Positions 1 through 9,314 of a DNA stretch of 64,000 bases are shown piece after piece; the first letter of the stretch is position 1; every line of letters starts with the position of its first letter. The position numbers and the translations under genes are program-made. The notes below the pieces were generated by a model that was not told the DNA's origin, searched no databases, and was given only the letters and a program-made list of their open reading frames with translations. Source of the DNA: Acidobacteriota bacterium (GTDB lineage Bacteria; Acidobacteriota; UBA890; WLXD01); assembly GCA_965205505.1 (NCBI GenBank), contig CBDBHB010000004.1, forward strand, positions 1 through 64,000. Direction: 5' to 3'.

Positions 1-1145
1 GCCACCGCCGGGGCAGCGGCGGTGCGTAGACCATCGATCGCGATGCGGAAACCCATATGGTCGTCGCTCGAATTCTGCTCGTCGCCGGTGCGCGCCGCGG
101 CACGGATGCTGTGCCCTCCCTGCGCGGCAACGCGTCCGTCGGCGTCGACGCCTGCCCAATCGACCCAAGAGCCGCCGCGGTTGACGCGGTCGATGCGCTC
201 GTCGGGGACTGCGGGCGGCCGCTCTGGCCCGCTCGGGTTTCGGTCCGGGGAGTTTGCGTAGTACGCCCTGTCGTAGATGTCGTAGACCCACTCGCCCAGG
301 TTGCCGGCCATGTCGTAAATACCGTATGGCGATTGGCCTGGGTCGTAGGCGTCGACCGGCGAGGTCTCCACATAGCCGTCGTCGACCTTGGCGTCTGGGC
401 GCCGGGTGTGCGGCCCGTACTTGCCGATGAAGTTGACGTCGGCGTAGTTGGCCCGGCGCCCATCAGGAGCCTCGTTTCCCCAGGGGAAGCGCAGGCCTTC
501 GGTGCCGCGCGCCGCCTTCTCCCATTGAGCCTCGGTCGGCAAGACGACAGGGAGGCCGAGTTGGTCCGACAGCCAGGCGCAGAATACTTGCGCGTCGTTC
601 CAGCTGACGCTGCCAACCGCGTGGTCGTTGGCTTGCTCGAAGTAGATGTTGTTCCAGCCGCCGTCCAGCCGCGGCTCCCAGGGATCACCACGTTCGCCGG
701 CCCCCGGAATCTCGCCCGTCCATTGCCACGAGCCTTGGCCCCGTTCGGCGTCGGTGACGTAGTCGGTGGCCTCGACGAAGGCGCGAAACTGCCCCACGGT
801 CACCGGGAACTTGGCGATCCAGTAGTCGTCGAGCTCGACCGTGTGCACCGGTCGCTCGCCCTCGAGCCCCTCGTCAGACCCCATGGGAAAGGGCCCGGCG
901 GGCACCAGAACGAAGCGATGACCGCCGCCGAGGTCGACCTCTTGGTGTCCGACGGCATTCCTGCTTGCCTCCACGGCAGCGGCGAGCACCCTGTCCGCGA
1001 TCGACGCAACGGGGGATGAAGATGAGCCGCTGCTCGGATACGAGGCCGCCGCAGCCCCTTCTTGTGGCGCGAATGTGCAGCTCGGGGTTGCCAACACGGC
1101 GATGCCGACCACCAGGGTCGCCGTGCCGCCGATCCGTCGACGCAC
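1..1145 (-). CDS. Formylglycine-generating-enzyme (SUMF1/EgtB/PvdO) domain protein with N-terminal signal peptide; 3' end runs off the window
   Basis: Manual minus-strand translation (missing from the ORF track): VRRRIGGTATLVVGIAVLATPSC...FVLVPAGPFPMGSDEGLEGERPVHTVELDDYWIAKFPVTVGQFRAFV...NSSDDHMGFRIA. These are the typical FGE-sulfatase motifs. Confidence 0.85.
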   Translation of the reverse strand, partial: MRRRIGGTATLVVGIAVLATPSCTFAPQEGAAAASYPSSGSSSSPVASIADRVLAAAVEASRNAVGHQEVDLGGGHRFVLVPAGPFPMGSDEGLEGERPVHTVELDDYWIAKFPVTVGQFRAFVEATDYVTDAERGQGSWQWTGEIPGAGERGDPWEPRLDGGWNNIYFEQANDHAVGSVSWNDAQVFCAWLSDQLGLPVVLPTEAQWEKAARGTEGLRFPWGNEAPDGRRANYADVNFIGKYGPHTRRPDAKVDDGYVETSPVDAYDPGQSPYGIYDMAGNLGEWVYDIYDRAYYANSPDRNPSGPERPPAVPDERIDRVNRGGSWVDWAGVDADGRVAAQGGHSIRAAARTGDEQNSSDDHMGFRIAIDGLRTAAAPAV

Positions 1146-1288
1146 TGTCTGGCCTCGTTTGATTGCGGAATGGGGTTGTCGGAGCACGATCAGGCTACCG
1201 AGGAGCTACGACGGGCTCAACGCCTCCAGAGTGGCGCGACGTGCGTCTATTCGTCGGTTCTCGATGCTCCAGGATCGGGTGCTCGTCC

Positions 1289-1771
1289 TCAGGACCGGGT
1301 ACCGCGCACCAAAGCCATGACCTTGCCCTCGACCCAATCGATCGGCGAGAAGAGGATGCAGGCGAGGTGGGTGCGCCGGCCAAGCACGAGCGCCGGAAAC
1401 GCCAGAACCTCGCAGCCCGGATGTCCGAGCGCGGCGATCAGCAGCAAGGAAGCGCCGATGAATACGACCGCGCCGGCAGCGAAGACGCCGCCACTCAGGA
1501 ACACCAGGAACGCCGGGGTGACGGCGATGGCGGCCCCAATCCAAGGGTGGAGCCACCCGAAGTAGCGGCTGACCACCAGGTGCACCACGGTGTAGAGGGC
1601 CATCAGGCCGACAACGACCCCCAACACTTCCAGCCGCGATTGCCAAGATGCTCCTTGCAACGCCGGCGCCACCATGCCGACCATGCCCAAACCGAGTGCG
1701 GCGCGGAGCAGGCGACTGATCGGCGTGGCGTGGGGCAGGGTGGAGATCCTCTGTGACTCCAGCGTGCTCAT
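1289..1771 (-). CDS. Small membrane protein with PGCE...C motif (DUF6410-like)
   Basis: About 4 hydrophobic segments; C-terminal GHPGCEVLAFPALVLGRRTHLACILFSPIDWVE; ATGA overlap with the upstream paralog. Confidence 0.7.
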   Translation of the reverse strand: MSTLESQRISTLPHATPISRLLRAALGLGMVGMVAPALQGASWQSRLEVLGVVVGLMALYTVVHLVVSRYFGWLHPWIGAAIAVTPAFLVFLSGGVFAAGAVVFIGASLLLIAALGHPGCEVLAFPALVLGRRTHLACILFSPIDWVEGKVMALVRGTRS

Positions 1772-2316
1772 GACGATCCTCCCCGGGCTTCCCAGCGGTC
1801 CACGTTATCTAGATGACCGGGGCAATAGTGCTCGCGCCGGGCACGACCGGTGATCAGCGACCAAAGATGGGAAATCGCCCGCATCTCGCATCCAGGGGTT
1901 CCGATCACGGTAGACAGAAGGAATGAAAAGCCTAGCCATCCCAGTGTCAGCAGTTGCCATCCGGCTACCGACCAGCCGAGCGCGGGCGACCAGAACGCTC
2001 CGGTCAGGGCCCAGCTCACGGCCACGCCGGCGGCGATCCACAGGCCGACGGCATAGCGTGGCCAGGCGCGCCAGCTCACACCCAGGCCGATATTCACCAC
2101 GTAGGGTGTGACGACGAGCAACAGCACTGTAGTGGCTCACCAGGTCCATGCCGACGGTATCTGGTAGCCCGTGTGGTACTGCGTCGTCGTCGCAATCGAC
2201 CACACGCCGTACGCGCAGACCACTCCCCAACCGAGTCGAACCAGCCGGCCGACCGGGCCAGGAGGCACCAGGCTTCCCTGGCTTTGGAATTGGGTGTCGA
2301 GCTTGGATTCGCTCAC
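1768..2316 (-). pseudogene. Paralogous PGCE-motif membrane protein interrupted by an in-frame TGA at 2137-2139
   Basis: Frame from GTG 2316 (RBS GAGGAAGG): VSESKLDTQF...PPGPVGRLVRLGWG...SAWTW*ATTVLLLVVTPYVVNIG...GTPGCEMRAI...HYCPGHLDNVDRWE. Confidence 0.65.
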
Positions 2317-2361
2317 GCAGGCAGCCTTCCTCAGGGAGATGGGAATGATTCAAGGTATATA

Positions 2362-2399
2362 TACTACGAGCATAGTAATTAGTCAACTACAGTCGTAGT
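2362..2399. promoter_or_regulatory. Tandem palindromic operator-like sites ACTAC-N4-(G/A)TAGT
   Basis: tACTACgagcATAGTa (2362-2377) and ACTACagtcGTAGT (2386-2399) in the AT-rich segment upstream of the membrane-protein pair. Confidence 0.5.
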
Positions 2400-2462
2400 A
2401 GTTTTGTTCACCGGCCAACGATAGACCCGCATGGGTCACGCTGCCTGAGCCCACGGTCCGCC

Positions 2463-2975
2463 CTACTCTCCCGCGAAGTCAGCGTCCGGCACGATTCTGC
2501 CGATCATCTCGCGCGCCGTGAGGCGCAGCTCCTCAGGAGTCGGTCGCCCGACGAAGTACCAGCCGTTGAACAACCGGTGGATGGTCAGGTCTGGGAGCAG
2601 TGCGAAGGTGAAGGGGACCGGTAGTGGACCGTGTCGGGAATCGGTTGTCTCGCGGATGCCGAGCTCGTCGGTAAGCCGCCGTTCCGCGTCGCTCAGGAAC
2701 GGGAAGTGTGCTCCGAGCTCAGCTTTGAGGGCGGCTTGCACCTCGGGGGGGTCGACCGAGACGACTGCCAACCGGCAATAAGCTACTGCGGCGGCGCTTT
2801 GGAACTGGACCAGCTCCGACAGCTGACGCTGGCACTTCGGTCACCAAGGGCCACGGTAGAAGGCGAGAAACAGCGGCCGACGCTCAGCGACCTCGGCGAT
2901 CGACATCACGTTGCCGCGGTCATCCGTGAGGCTGAGGTCGGGGAACCTCTGGCCGACTTCGTATTTGAGTGCCAT
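2463..2975 (-). CDS. AhpC/TSA (peroxiredoxin-like) redoxin selenoprotein, U-x-x-C motif, in-frame UGA at 2841-2843
   Basis: MALKYEVGQRFPDLSLTDDRG...PLFLAFYRGPW-TGA-PKCQRQLSEL...LAVVSVD...FPFLSD...PFTFALLPDLTIHRLFNG. ORFs 2841..3062 and 2463..2771 are in one frame, and the UGA sits at the first Cys position of the CxxC motif. Confidence 0.88.
2810..2840 (-). promoter_or_regulatory. Candidate bacterial SECIS hairpin
   Basis: After UGA: CCGAAGUGCCAGCGU-CAGCU-GUCGG-AGCUG-G. Stem CAGCU/AGCUG, with an apical loop starting GU about 20 nt after the UGA. Confidence 0.55.
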
Positions 2976-3006
2976 TCGACGACTCCCGCTGGCGGTCCAG
3001 GCTTTG

Positions 3007-4245
3007 CTACGTCGACATTCCTCGTGCCGCGACGCGCCAGATGGCGTCGACGCGATCGCCACGAATGGCGTACATCTGATCGTAGAGATTCACCACCGGG
3101 TCACAGTGCGACACGATCAGCTCCAGCTTGTCGCCGACGCTGTAGGTACGTGAGGGGTCGTCGTAGCGGAGCACGCCGAACTCGTCGGATCCGGAACGAT
3201 ACTCCATTCCGGACTCGCCCTTCACGATGGGCCATGGCTGATTGATGGTGCACGCCTTGGCCCCCGCGTCGGTGGTGACCTGGCCTTCGTACTGGTCGTT
3301 GAGCACCGTCGCGAGAATGGTCAGCGAGGGCTGGAAGTCTGAGTACACGTGTGGGTCATGAGCCCCGCCGATCGCCAGGTACTGCGCGTCCATGAAGATG
3401 TAGCTGCCCACCTGCACGTCGGTCAGGCCGGAGGTCTCGTGGTCGATGTTGTAGGTACCGGTGCCGCCACCGCTGAAGATCTCGGTGCTCAAACCGGAGC
3501 GCTGCAACATCATGAATGTATCGGCGGCCGCCGCGAGACGCTCGAGGGTCTGCTCCCGGCGCACCTCGAAGCCAACCTTGTGTTGTGAGCCGCCGTCATA
3601 GCACAGCATGCCGCGCAGCCGGAGCCCGGGCAGGGTATCGACCAGCTGCGCCAGCTCGAGAGCGGGCTGCCCTGCGCTAATACCTGTGCGATGCGTACTC
3701 GGGTCAACGTCGACCACCACATCGGCGGTGATGCTGGCCGCCCGCGCTGCCTCCGAAAGGTCGCGGGCATTCTCGGGCGTGTCCGTGGCCTGGACGAACT
3801 CCGAGCACAGCTTCCTCAGGCTCATCGCCCGGGCGATCTTGAACGGCGTTACATTGGTCGTCGTCATCAAGATCTGCTCGATCCCGTGCTCGAACATGAC
3901 CTCGGCCTCACTCACCTTGGCGGTGCAGATGCCAACCGACCCGCCCTCCAGCTGCAGCCGGGCGATCGCCGGGCACTTGTGCGTCTTGGCGTGAGGACGG
4001 CTGGCGATACCGTTGCGCGAGACCGTCTGCTGACACGTGGCCAGGTTGGCTTCGAGCGCATCGAGATCGACGCATAGTGCCGGCGTATCGAGCTCCCATT
4101 TGGATACGTCGGCTTGTATCGCACCCTCTGAGGCCATCGAGCGCATCTCGGCTGAACTACGCCCCTTCACTGACGTTGGAACCCATACGCCTGCTGCCCC
4201 GGCGGTCTGCAAGAAGCGGCGGCGGGATAGCGGCATGTTGCTCAC
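3007..4245 (-). CDS. Tat-exported DSD1-family PLP enzyme (D-threonine aldolase / D-serine dehydratase-like)
   Basis: SRRRFLQ Tat motif; LDTPALCVDLD, RPHAKTHK (PLP Lys), GGGTGTY, QVGSYIFMD, DAGAKA, SHCDPVVN. Confidence 0.88.
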   Translation of the reverse strand: MSNMPLSRRRFLQTAGAAGVWVPTSVKGRSSAEMRSMASEGAIQADVSKWELDTPALCVDLDALEANLATCQQTVSRNGIASRPHAKTHKCPAIARLQLEGGSVGICTAKVSEAEVMFEHGIEQILMTTTNVTPFKIARAMSLRKLCSEFVQATDTPENARDLSEAARAASITADVVVDVDPSTHRTGISAGQPALELAQLVDTLPGLRLRGMLCYDGGSQHKVGFEVRREQTLERLAAAADTFMMLQRSGLSTEIFSGGGTGTYNIDHETSGLTDVQVGSYIFMDAQYLAIGGAHDPHVYSDFQPSLTILATVLNDQYEGQVTTDAGAKACTINQPWPIVKGESGMEYRSGSDEFGVLRYDDPSRTYSVGDKLELIVSHCDPVVNLYDQMYAIRGDRVDAIWRVAARGMST

Positions 4246-4757
4246 AGGTGATCTCCGAACTCGGGGCGGTAGCGGGCCACTCCTCGAAGTTGCTTGATGC
4301 GGCCAGCGTCCAGGGGCAGGATCATGAAGACGTCGTCAGGGATACCCTCCCATTGACTGCGCACCCCGTACTCGGACGCGCGAACGAATCCGAAGCGCGG
4401 ATAGTAACGCGGGTGACCCAACACGACGACATAAGGCCAGCCTGCGGCCCGCACTTCCGCAAGCGCGTGCTCAACAAGCTGAGCCCCGATCCCTCGATTC
4501 TGATGGGCCGGCAGAACGGACATGGGACCGAGGCCGAGGCCCTCAGTAGCCCCGCGCCGGTGTCGGATCGACACCGGAGAGAACAGGACATGCCCGACCA
4601 CTTCTCCGGCGGTGAGTGCCACGAACGAAAGCACGTTTGGCGCCCCATCGCGAAGCGCTTCGACGATGTCTGCCTCGGCGGTCTGGCCGAAGGCGAGTCG
4701 GTTGACAGTCTGAATCGCGAAGATGTCGTTCTCTCGTTCGAGGCGGATCTCGACCAT
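4242..4757 (-). CDS. GNAT N-acetyltransferase (YhbS-like)
   Basis: GHVLFSPV, LGPMSVLPAHQNRGIG, VVLGHPRYYPRFGF. Confidence 0.9.
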   Translation of the reverse strand: MVEIRLERENDIFAIQTVNRLAFGQTAEADIVEALRDGAPNVLSFVALTAGEVVGHVLFSPVSIRHRRGATEGLGLGPMSVLPAHQNRGIGAQLVEHALAEVRAAGWPYVVVLGHPRYYPRFGFVRASEYGVRSQWEGIPDDVFMILPLDAGRIKQLRGVARYRPEFGDHL

Positions 4758-5025
4758 GGTCCCTCACGCTGCGACGTTCCTGACTTTGCGGACTCTCATA
4801 CCACTCGAACGGATCTTCGGTTGACTTTTGCGGTCGGGCGGCCTCGGATCATGTGCAAGGTAGCCACTCGGCTACCACGATGTTTTTTAGCTGCCGAACC
4901 AACCGGTGGCGATCAAGCCCAGCCGCGGGTCGTGATCGCGGTAAGCTGACGGTCGCCGATCGAGCACTGTGAGCCTATTGTCCACCAAATCGCGGCTGCG
5001 CTCAGAGTCCGGGGCCGGAGAAACG

Positions 5026-6375
5026 ATGGCGACTACTGAAAAGCAGTCACGGTCAACGGCCCGCTACCTTGAAGACACGTCGCGCTCCAAGGAGCTCTAC
5101 GAGCGCGCCCTACACGTCATGCCCGGTGGCAACAGCCGCCACACGCTGGTGATGGATCCGTATCCGGCGTACGCGGCCAGCGGCCAGGGCTGCCGCGTGA
5201 CCGACGTGGAGGGCGACGAGCGCATCGACTTCATCAACAACTACACGGCGTTGATTCGGGGCCACGCCGACCCGGTCGTCACCGACGCAGTGCGCCAGGT
5301 GGTCGGTCGGGGGACGGCGTTCTCGATGCCTACGGAGGCCGACATTCGACTGGCCGAGCTGCTCGTCGAACGCGTACCGGGCATGGAGCAGATTCGCTTC
5401 GCGAACTCGGGCAGCGAAGGTGTGCTGTTGACGATCCGCGCTGCGCGGGCGGCCACCGGGCGTTCCAAGGTCGCGAAGTTCGAGGGCTGTTATCACGGCG
5501 TCTACGACTATGCTCAGGCAAGCGATAGCTCGCGACCGCACAACTGGGGCGATCCGCAGCGTCCCAGCACGACGCTGGAGCCGAGCATGGCGCGCAGCCT
5601 GCTCGACGAGGTCGTCACGCTCCCATGGAATGACATCGAGGTGTGTCGGGCGCTCATCGGCGACAACGCCGACAACCTGGCGGCGGTCGTTTTCGATCCG
5701 CTTCCGGCGGCACTCGGATTCGTCGCGCCGGACCAGAGTTTCGTCGAGTTTCTCCGTGAGATCACCGAGAAGCACGGCATCCTGCTGATCTGCGACGAGG
5801 TGCTGTCGTTCCGGGTTAGCTACCAGGGCGCCTGCGTCGCCCACGGCATCGAGCCCGACCTCGTCTCCCTCGGCAAGATCATCGGCGGCGGCTTCCCAGT
5901 CGGTGCCATCATGGGAAAGAAGTCGGTGATGGACGTGTTCGATCACCGCTCGGGTGAGAAGGTCCATCACGGCGGTACCTACAACGGCAACCCGGTCACC
6001 ATGGTGGCGGGCTACGAGACCATGCGGCAGATGACGCGCGAGGCCTACGAGCGGCTGGAGTCTCTCGGGGATCGACTTCGAGCGGCGGTTGCCGAGACAG
6101 TCGGTCGGCGCGGAATCGCACACCAGGTCACCGGGCGCGGGTCGCTGTTCGGGCTGCTGTTCAGCGAGGCTCCGATTCGCGATTTTCGTGGCTTCGTCGC
6201 GGCCACTGCCGTCGAGCCGCGGCAGGCGAAAGTGGTGGTGGAGATGCTGAGCCACGGCATCCTGCTGGGGCAACGCGGGGTGATCGGATGCCTGTCGACG
6301 CCGATGGGCACCGACGAGATCGACGCCTTCGTCGCGGCGCTGGACGAGTCGCTACGTGTTGTTACAGGACATTAG
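5026..6375 (+). CDS. Class III aminotransferase (glutamate-1-semialdehyde aminomutase-like)
   Basis: MPGGNSR, RFANSGSEG, FEGCYHG, LICDEV, LGKIIGGGFPVG, HGGTYNGNP; ATG 5026 follows GGAG. Confidence 0.9.
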   Translation: MATTEKQSRSTARYLEDTSRSKELYERALHVMPGGNSRHTLVMDPYPAYAASGQGCRVTDVEGDERIDFINNYTALIRGHADPVVTDAVRQVVGRGTAFSMPTEADIRLAELLVERVPGMEQIRFANSGSEGVLLTIRAARAATGRSKVAKFEGCYHGVYDYAQASDSSRPHNWGDPQRPSTTLEPSMARSLLDEVVTLPWNDIEVCRALIGDNADNLAAVVFDPLPAALGFVAPDQSFVEFLREITEKHGILLICDEVLSFRVSYQGACVAHGIEPDLVSLGKIIGGGFPVGAIMGKKSVMDVFDHRSGEKVHHGGTYNGNPVTMVAGYETMRQMTREAYERLESLGDRLRAAVAETVGRRGIAHQVTGRGSLFGLLFSEAPIRDFRGFVAATAVEPRQAKVVVEMLSHGILLGQRGVIGCLSTPMGTDEIDAFVAALDESLRVVTGH

Positions 6376-6649
6376 TGACCTGTAACAGATGATCGTTGCA
6401 TATCGTGGTGACGAAATGGGTCCGGATGCCAGGCGCGACGACGAGACGATGTTTGCGCATCTTGGAGGAGGAGCAACGCCGCAGACGGGCCGATTTCGCC
6501 GCCATCCTGCGGACAGATGGGCAGTTGCGGGCGATATCGGCGTTGCGCCTCGTCGACGATGCCCACTGCATCGCCTTCCTCGCCGCGCCTTGATCTCACC
6601 CGCAAATCCCATCTGCGATATGCAACGATCATCTGTTACAGGCCACTAG
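6372..6649. mobile_element. Miniature inverted-repeat element, family A (278 bp, YTAG-bounded)
   Basis: 33-bp terminal inverted repeats with 1 mismatch (tagtgacctgtaacagatgatcgttgcatatcg / cgatatgcaacgatcatctgttacaggccacta). Flanked by TTAG and CTAG, which are the stop codons of the two convergent genes. Confidence 0.8.
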
Positions 6650-7623
6650 GACGGTACCGGGACGGGGCCGATGAGCCGACGCAGCGCATCTCGTACTGCC
6701 ACCCACGCCGCGGAGAAGGGTACCGATGGCTCGAAGTGGCCAGCGGCATCGATTTTCTCGAGTCGCGCATCATCGCCAGCCGCGATCGCGTCGTCGACGA
6801 ACGCGCGTACGCCGCTCGTGGTGACGATAGTGTCCTGTGCGCCGCTTACCAACACAATCGGCACTCCGATAGGTAGCCGCGCGCTTGGCGAGGCGTCGGC
6901 GTATCGATCAGGGTGCGCCTCCGGAGGGCCGCCCATCAACGGATCGACGGCTCCATGACAGCTCTGGGTTGGACCCACGCGGTAGGCGGAAAGGTCAGCG
7001 ATCGGCGCTAGCCCGATCACGCCGCGGATCGGCAGTGGAGACGGGCGATAGAGATCGCTGCCAGGGGCCAGACGGTCGCGGGTTGCGCTCCACAACGCGA
7101 GGTGTCCACCGGCAGAGTGACCCGCAACGACGACCCTTTGTAGGTCGAGTGGATGAGTGCTACGGAGCTCGCGCAGATGGTCGATGGCGTCGGCGACGTC
7201 GAGGAAGGTCATCGGCCAACCGCCGGCTCCGGCAACGCGACGATACTCGATTGTCCACGTGGCGATACCCAGCTCGGTCACCGCTGCTGCCAGGTGGCGG
7301 AAATACACATAGTCGAACTCTTGCAACCAGCAGCCACCGTGGATCAACACCACGACCGGGTGCGGTCCGGAGCCCGGCGGCAGGCGCAGCTCGCCAAACT
7401 GGTCGGGCAGGGAGCCGTAGGCGATCCGGGCACCGGGCGCCGGCGCGGGCAGCGCCTGAACTTCCGACCATGTCATGGGCGAGCTCGGTTGCTCTGCTCC
7501 CGGGTGCGTATCCTCGAGCGCCGGCGATGCACCGACAGCAGAGCGATCGGCCATCGAGGCGCAGCCGCCAAGGAGCGGAATCCACACGGCTGCTGCGAGG
7601 GCGATCGACTTCCTCGTATCCAT
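6646..7623 (-). CDS. Alpha/beta hydrolase (esterase/lipase-like) lipoprotein
   Basis: LLGGC lipobox; IHGGCW, GHSAGG nucleophile elbow, D and AGHF triad positions. Confidence 0.88.
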   Translation of the reverse strand: MDTRKSIALAAAVWIPLLGGCASMADRSAVGASPALEDTHPGAEQPSSPMTWSEVQALPAPAPGARIAYGSLPDQFGELRLPPGSGPHPVVVLIHGGCWLQEFDYVYFRHLAAAVTELGIATWTIEYRRVAGAGGWPMTFLDVADAIDHLRELRSTHPLDLQRVVVAGHSAGGHLALWSATRDRLAPGSDLYRPSPLPIRGVIGLAPIADLSAYRVGPTQSCHGAVDPLMGGPPEAHPDRYADASPSARLPIGVPIVLVSGAQDTIVTTSGVRAFVDDAIAAGDDARLEKIDAAGHFEPSVPFSAAWVAVRDALRRLIGPVPVPS

Positions 7624-7715
7624 GCTGTTGACTCTATATCGGGGCGCCAATTATCGGGAATTGAAGGCATGCTATCGTCCAGGGCCGACGCGCCGCGCAT
7701 CGGCGGGGAGGATCC

Positions 7716-9254
7716 ATGAGCGCAAGCATTTCGTCGAACCGGATGCTGTTCACTGCATCCTTTGTCGCCCTGGTTACGACCGCCTTCGCCTTCATGCTGC
7801 GCATCAATCTGATGGGAGTGTGGGAGAGCGCCTACTCCCTGGACAAGACTCAGGTTGGCACGATCTTCGGCGCTGGATTCTGGCCTTTCGGTGCCAGCAT
7901 CATCCTCTTCAGTCTGATCATCGACAGGGTGGGATACGGCAAGGCGATGGCGTTCGCGTTCGTCTGCCACGTGCTCTTCGCAGTGCTGACGATAACCGCC
8001 ACCGGTTACCGCATGCTCTATTGGGCGAGCGTCATCGGTGCGCTCGGCAACGGCGCGGTCGAGGCGGTGATCAACCCGCTGATCACCACCGTGTACGCGA
8101 AGGACAAGACCAAGTGGCTCAACATCCTCCACGCCGGCTGGCCGGGAGGGCTCGTCATCACGGGCGTTCTCGTCCTCAGCGTGGGCGACGCGGTGCCCTG
8201 GCAGTACCAGATCGCGATGATCCTCATTCCTACCTTCATCTATGGCGCAATGATGCTGCGAATGGAGTTTCCGGTGAGCGAACGGGTGGCCGCGGGCGTC
8301 TCGTATCGCGCCATGCTCGCCGAGGTTGGCTGGGGAGGCGCATTCGTCGCGTTTCTCCTCATCGTGATGGAGTTGACCACCAACGTTCTCGGCATCGAAG
8401 CCCTGATGAACATCTGGGTTCAGGTGGTGATCGCCGCTGCGCTGGCCGCAGTGTATGGCTTCTACGCCCGGTCGTTCGGCCGGCCCCTGTTCGTCTTCAT
8501 GCTGGTGCTGATGTTGTTCCTCGCCACCACCGAGCTCGGAACCGACAGCTGGGTCAAGGATTTGCTCGGGCCGGCGATTGGCACGACGCTCGGCATCGAT
8601 TCAGGCTGGGTCCTCGTCTACACGGCGCTGATCATGATGGTCCTTCGCTTCACGTGTGGCCCGCTGGTGAAACGCCTACAGCCGCTGGGAGTTCTCGCGG
8701 TCAGCGCCGCGCTGGTGGCGGCGGGCATCTATTGGCTGTCGGCGCTCGGAGGTGACCCGAGCACCACGGCCATGGTGATCATCATTGCCGCTACGGTTTA
8801 TGGCGTCGGGCAGACGTTCTTTTGGCCGACCACGCTGGGCTTCGTCTCCGAGCAGTTTCCCCGGGGCGGCGCCATGACCCTCAACGTCATCGCCGGCGTG
8901 GGCATGCTCGGCGTCGGCGTCCTCGGCAACGTCTGGCTGGGCAATTTGCAAGACAAGTCCGTCGTCAGCGCTCTCGAGGAGCGGAGTCCGGAGCTGGTGG
9001 CGCGCTACGTCGAGGAAAGGCCTCCGAGCATCTTCGGCGAGTATCGTGCCCTTACTGAGGAGGCCGTCGAGGTGAGGGTAGCCAACGTAGTGCCAGACGC
9101 CGAAGCGCTCACCACAGCCACCAATGAGGGCAAGATGGCGGCGTTGCGCAAGGTCGTGGTCCTACCCCTCATCATGCTGCTGGCATACCTGGCACTGCTG
9201 TTCTGGTTCAAGTCGAGGGGTGGCTATCGACCGGTTGAGTTCGGTTCCGGTTAG
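7716..9254 (+). CDS. MFS transporter
   Basis: About 12 hydrophobic segments; IIDRVGYGK, GNGAVEAVINP, HAGWPGG, FFWPTTLG. Confidence 0.9.
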   Translation: MSASISSNRMLFTASFVALVTTAFAFMLRINLMGVWESAYSLDKTQVGTIFGAGFWPFGASIILFSLIIDRVGYGKAMAFAFVCHVLFAVLTITATGYRMLYWASVIGALGNGAVEAVINPLITTVYAKDKTKWLNILHAGWPGGLVITGVLVLSVGDAVPWQYQIAMILIPTFIYGAMMLRMEFPVSERVAAGVSYRAMLAEVGWGGAFVAFLLIVMELTTNVLGIEALMNIWVQVVIAAALAAVYGFYARSFGRPLFVFMLVLMLFLATTELGTDSWVKDLLGPAIGTTLGIDSGWVLVYTALIMMVLRFTCGPLVKRLQPLGVLAVSAALVAAGIYWLSALGGDPSTTAMVIIIAATVYGVGQTFFWPTTLGFVSEQFPRGGAMTLNVIAGVGMLGVGVLGNVWLGNLQDKSVVSALEERSPELVARYVEERPPSIFGEYRALTEEAVEVRVANVVPDAEALTTATNEGKMAALRKVVVLPLIMLLAYLALLFWFKSRGGYRPVEFGSG

Positions 9255-9302
9255 CAGGCCGTGCTGGAAGTGTGGCGCCACACTTCCACCACGGCCTGCT
9301 AG
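9251..9302. repeat. 52-bp near-perfect palindrome, a collapsed family-B element
   Basis: ttagcaggccgtgctggaagtgtgg-cg-ccacacttccaccacggcctgctag; the ends match those of 14661..14939, and it starts at the MFS TAG stop. Confidence 0.8.
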
Positions 9303-9314
9303 AGCATCACCCTG

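Noticed and set aside
57-1019. Long antisense ORFs (e.g. 57..1019, 5110..6273, 20682..22289, 42035..44041, 53159..54562)
   Set aside because: These are shadow frames of real genes on the opposite strand in GC-rich DNA and have no recognisable motifs
2137-2139. In-frame TGA as a second selenocysteine
   Set aside because: It lies in a hydrophobic WTW*ATT segment with no redox motif and no clear hairpin; a TGG->TGA nonsense change is more likely
5026-6375. Calling the aminotransferase hemL
   Set aside because: It has GGNSRH rather than the HemL GGVNSPVR motif, and there is no heme-synthesis context
6372-6649. Mirror-image ORFs MIVAYR... on both strands
   Set aside because: These are a by-product of the terminal inverted repeats, with no protein motif
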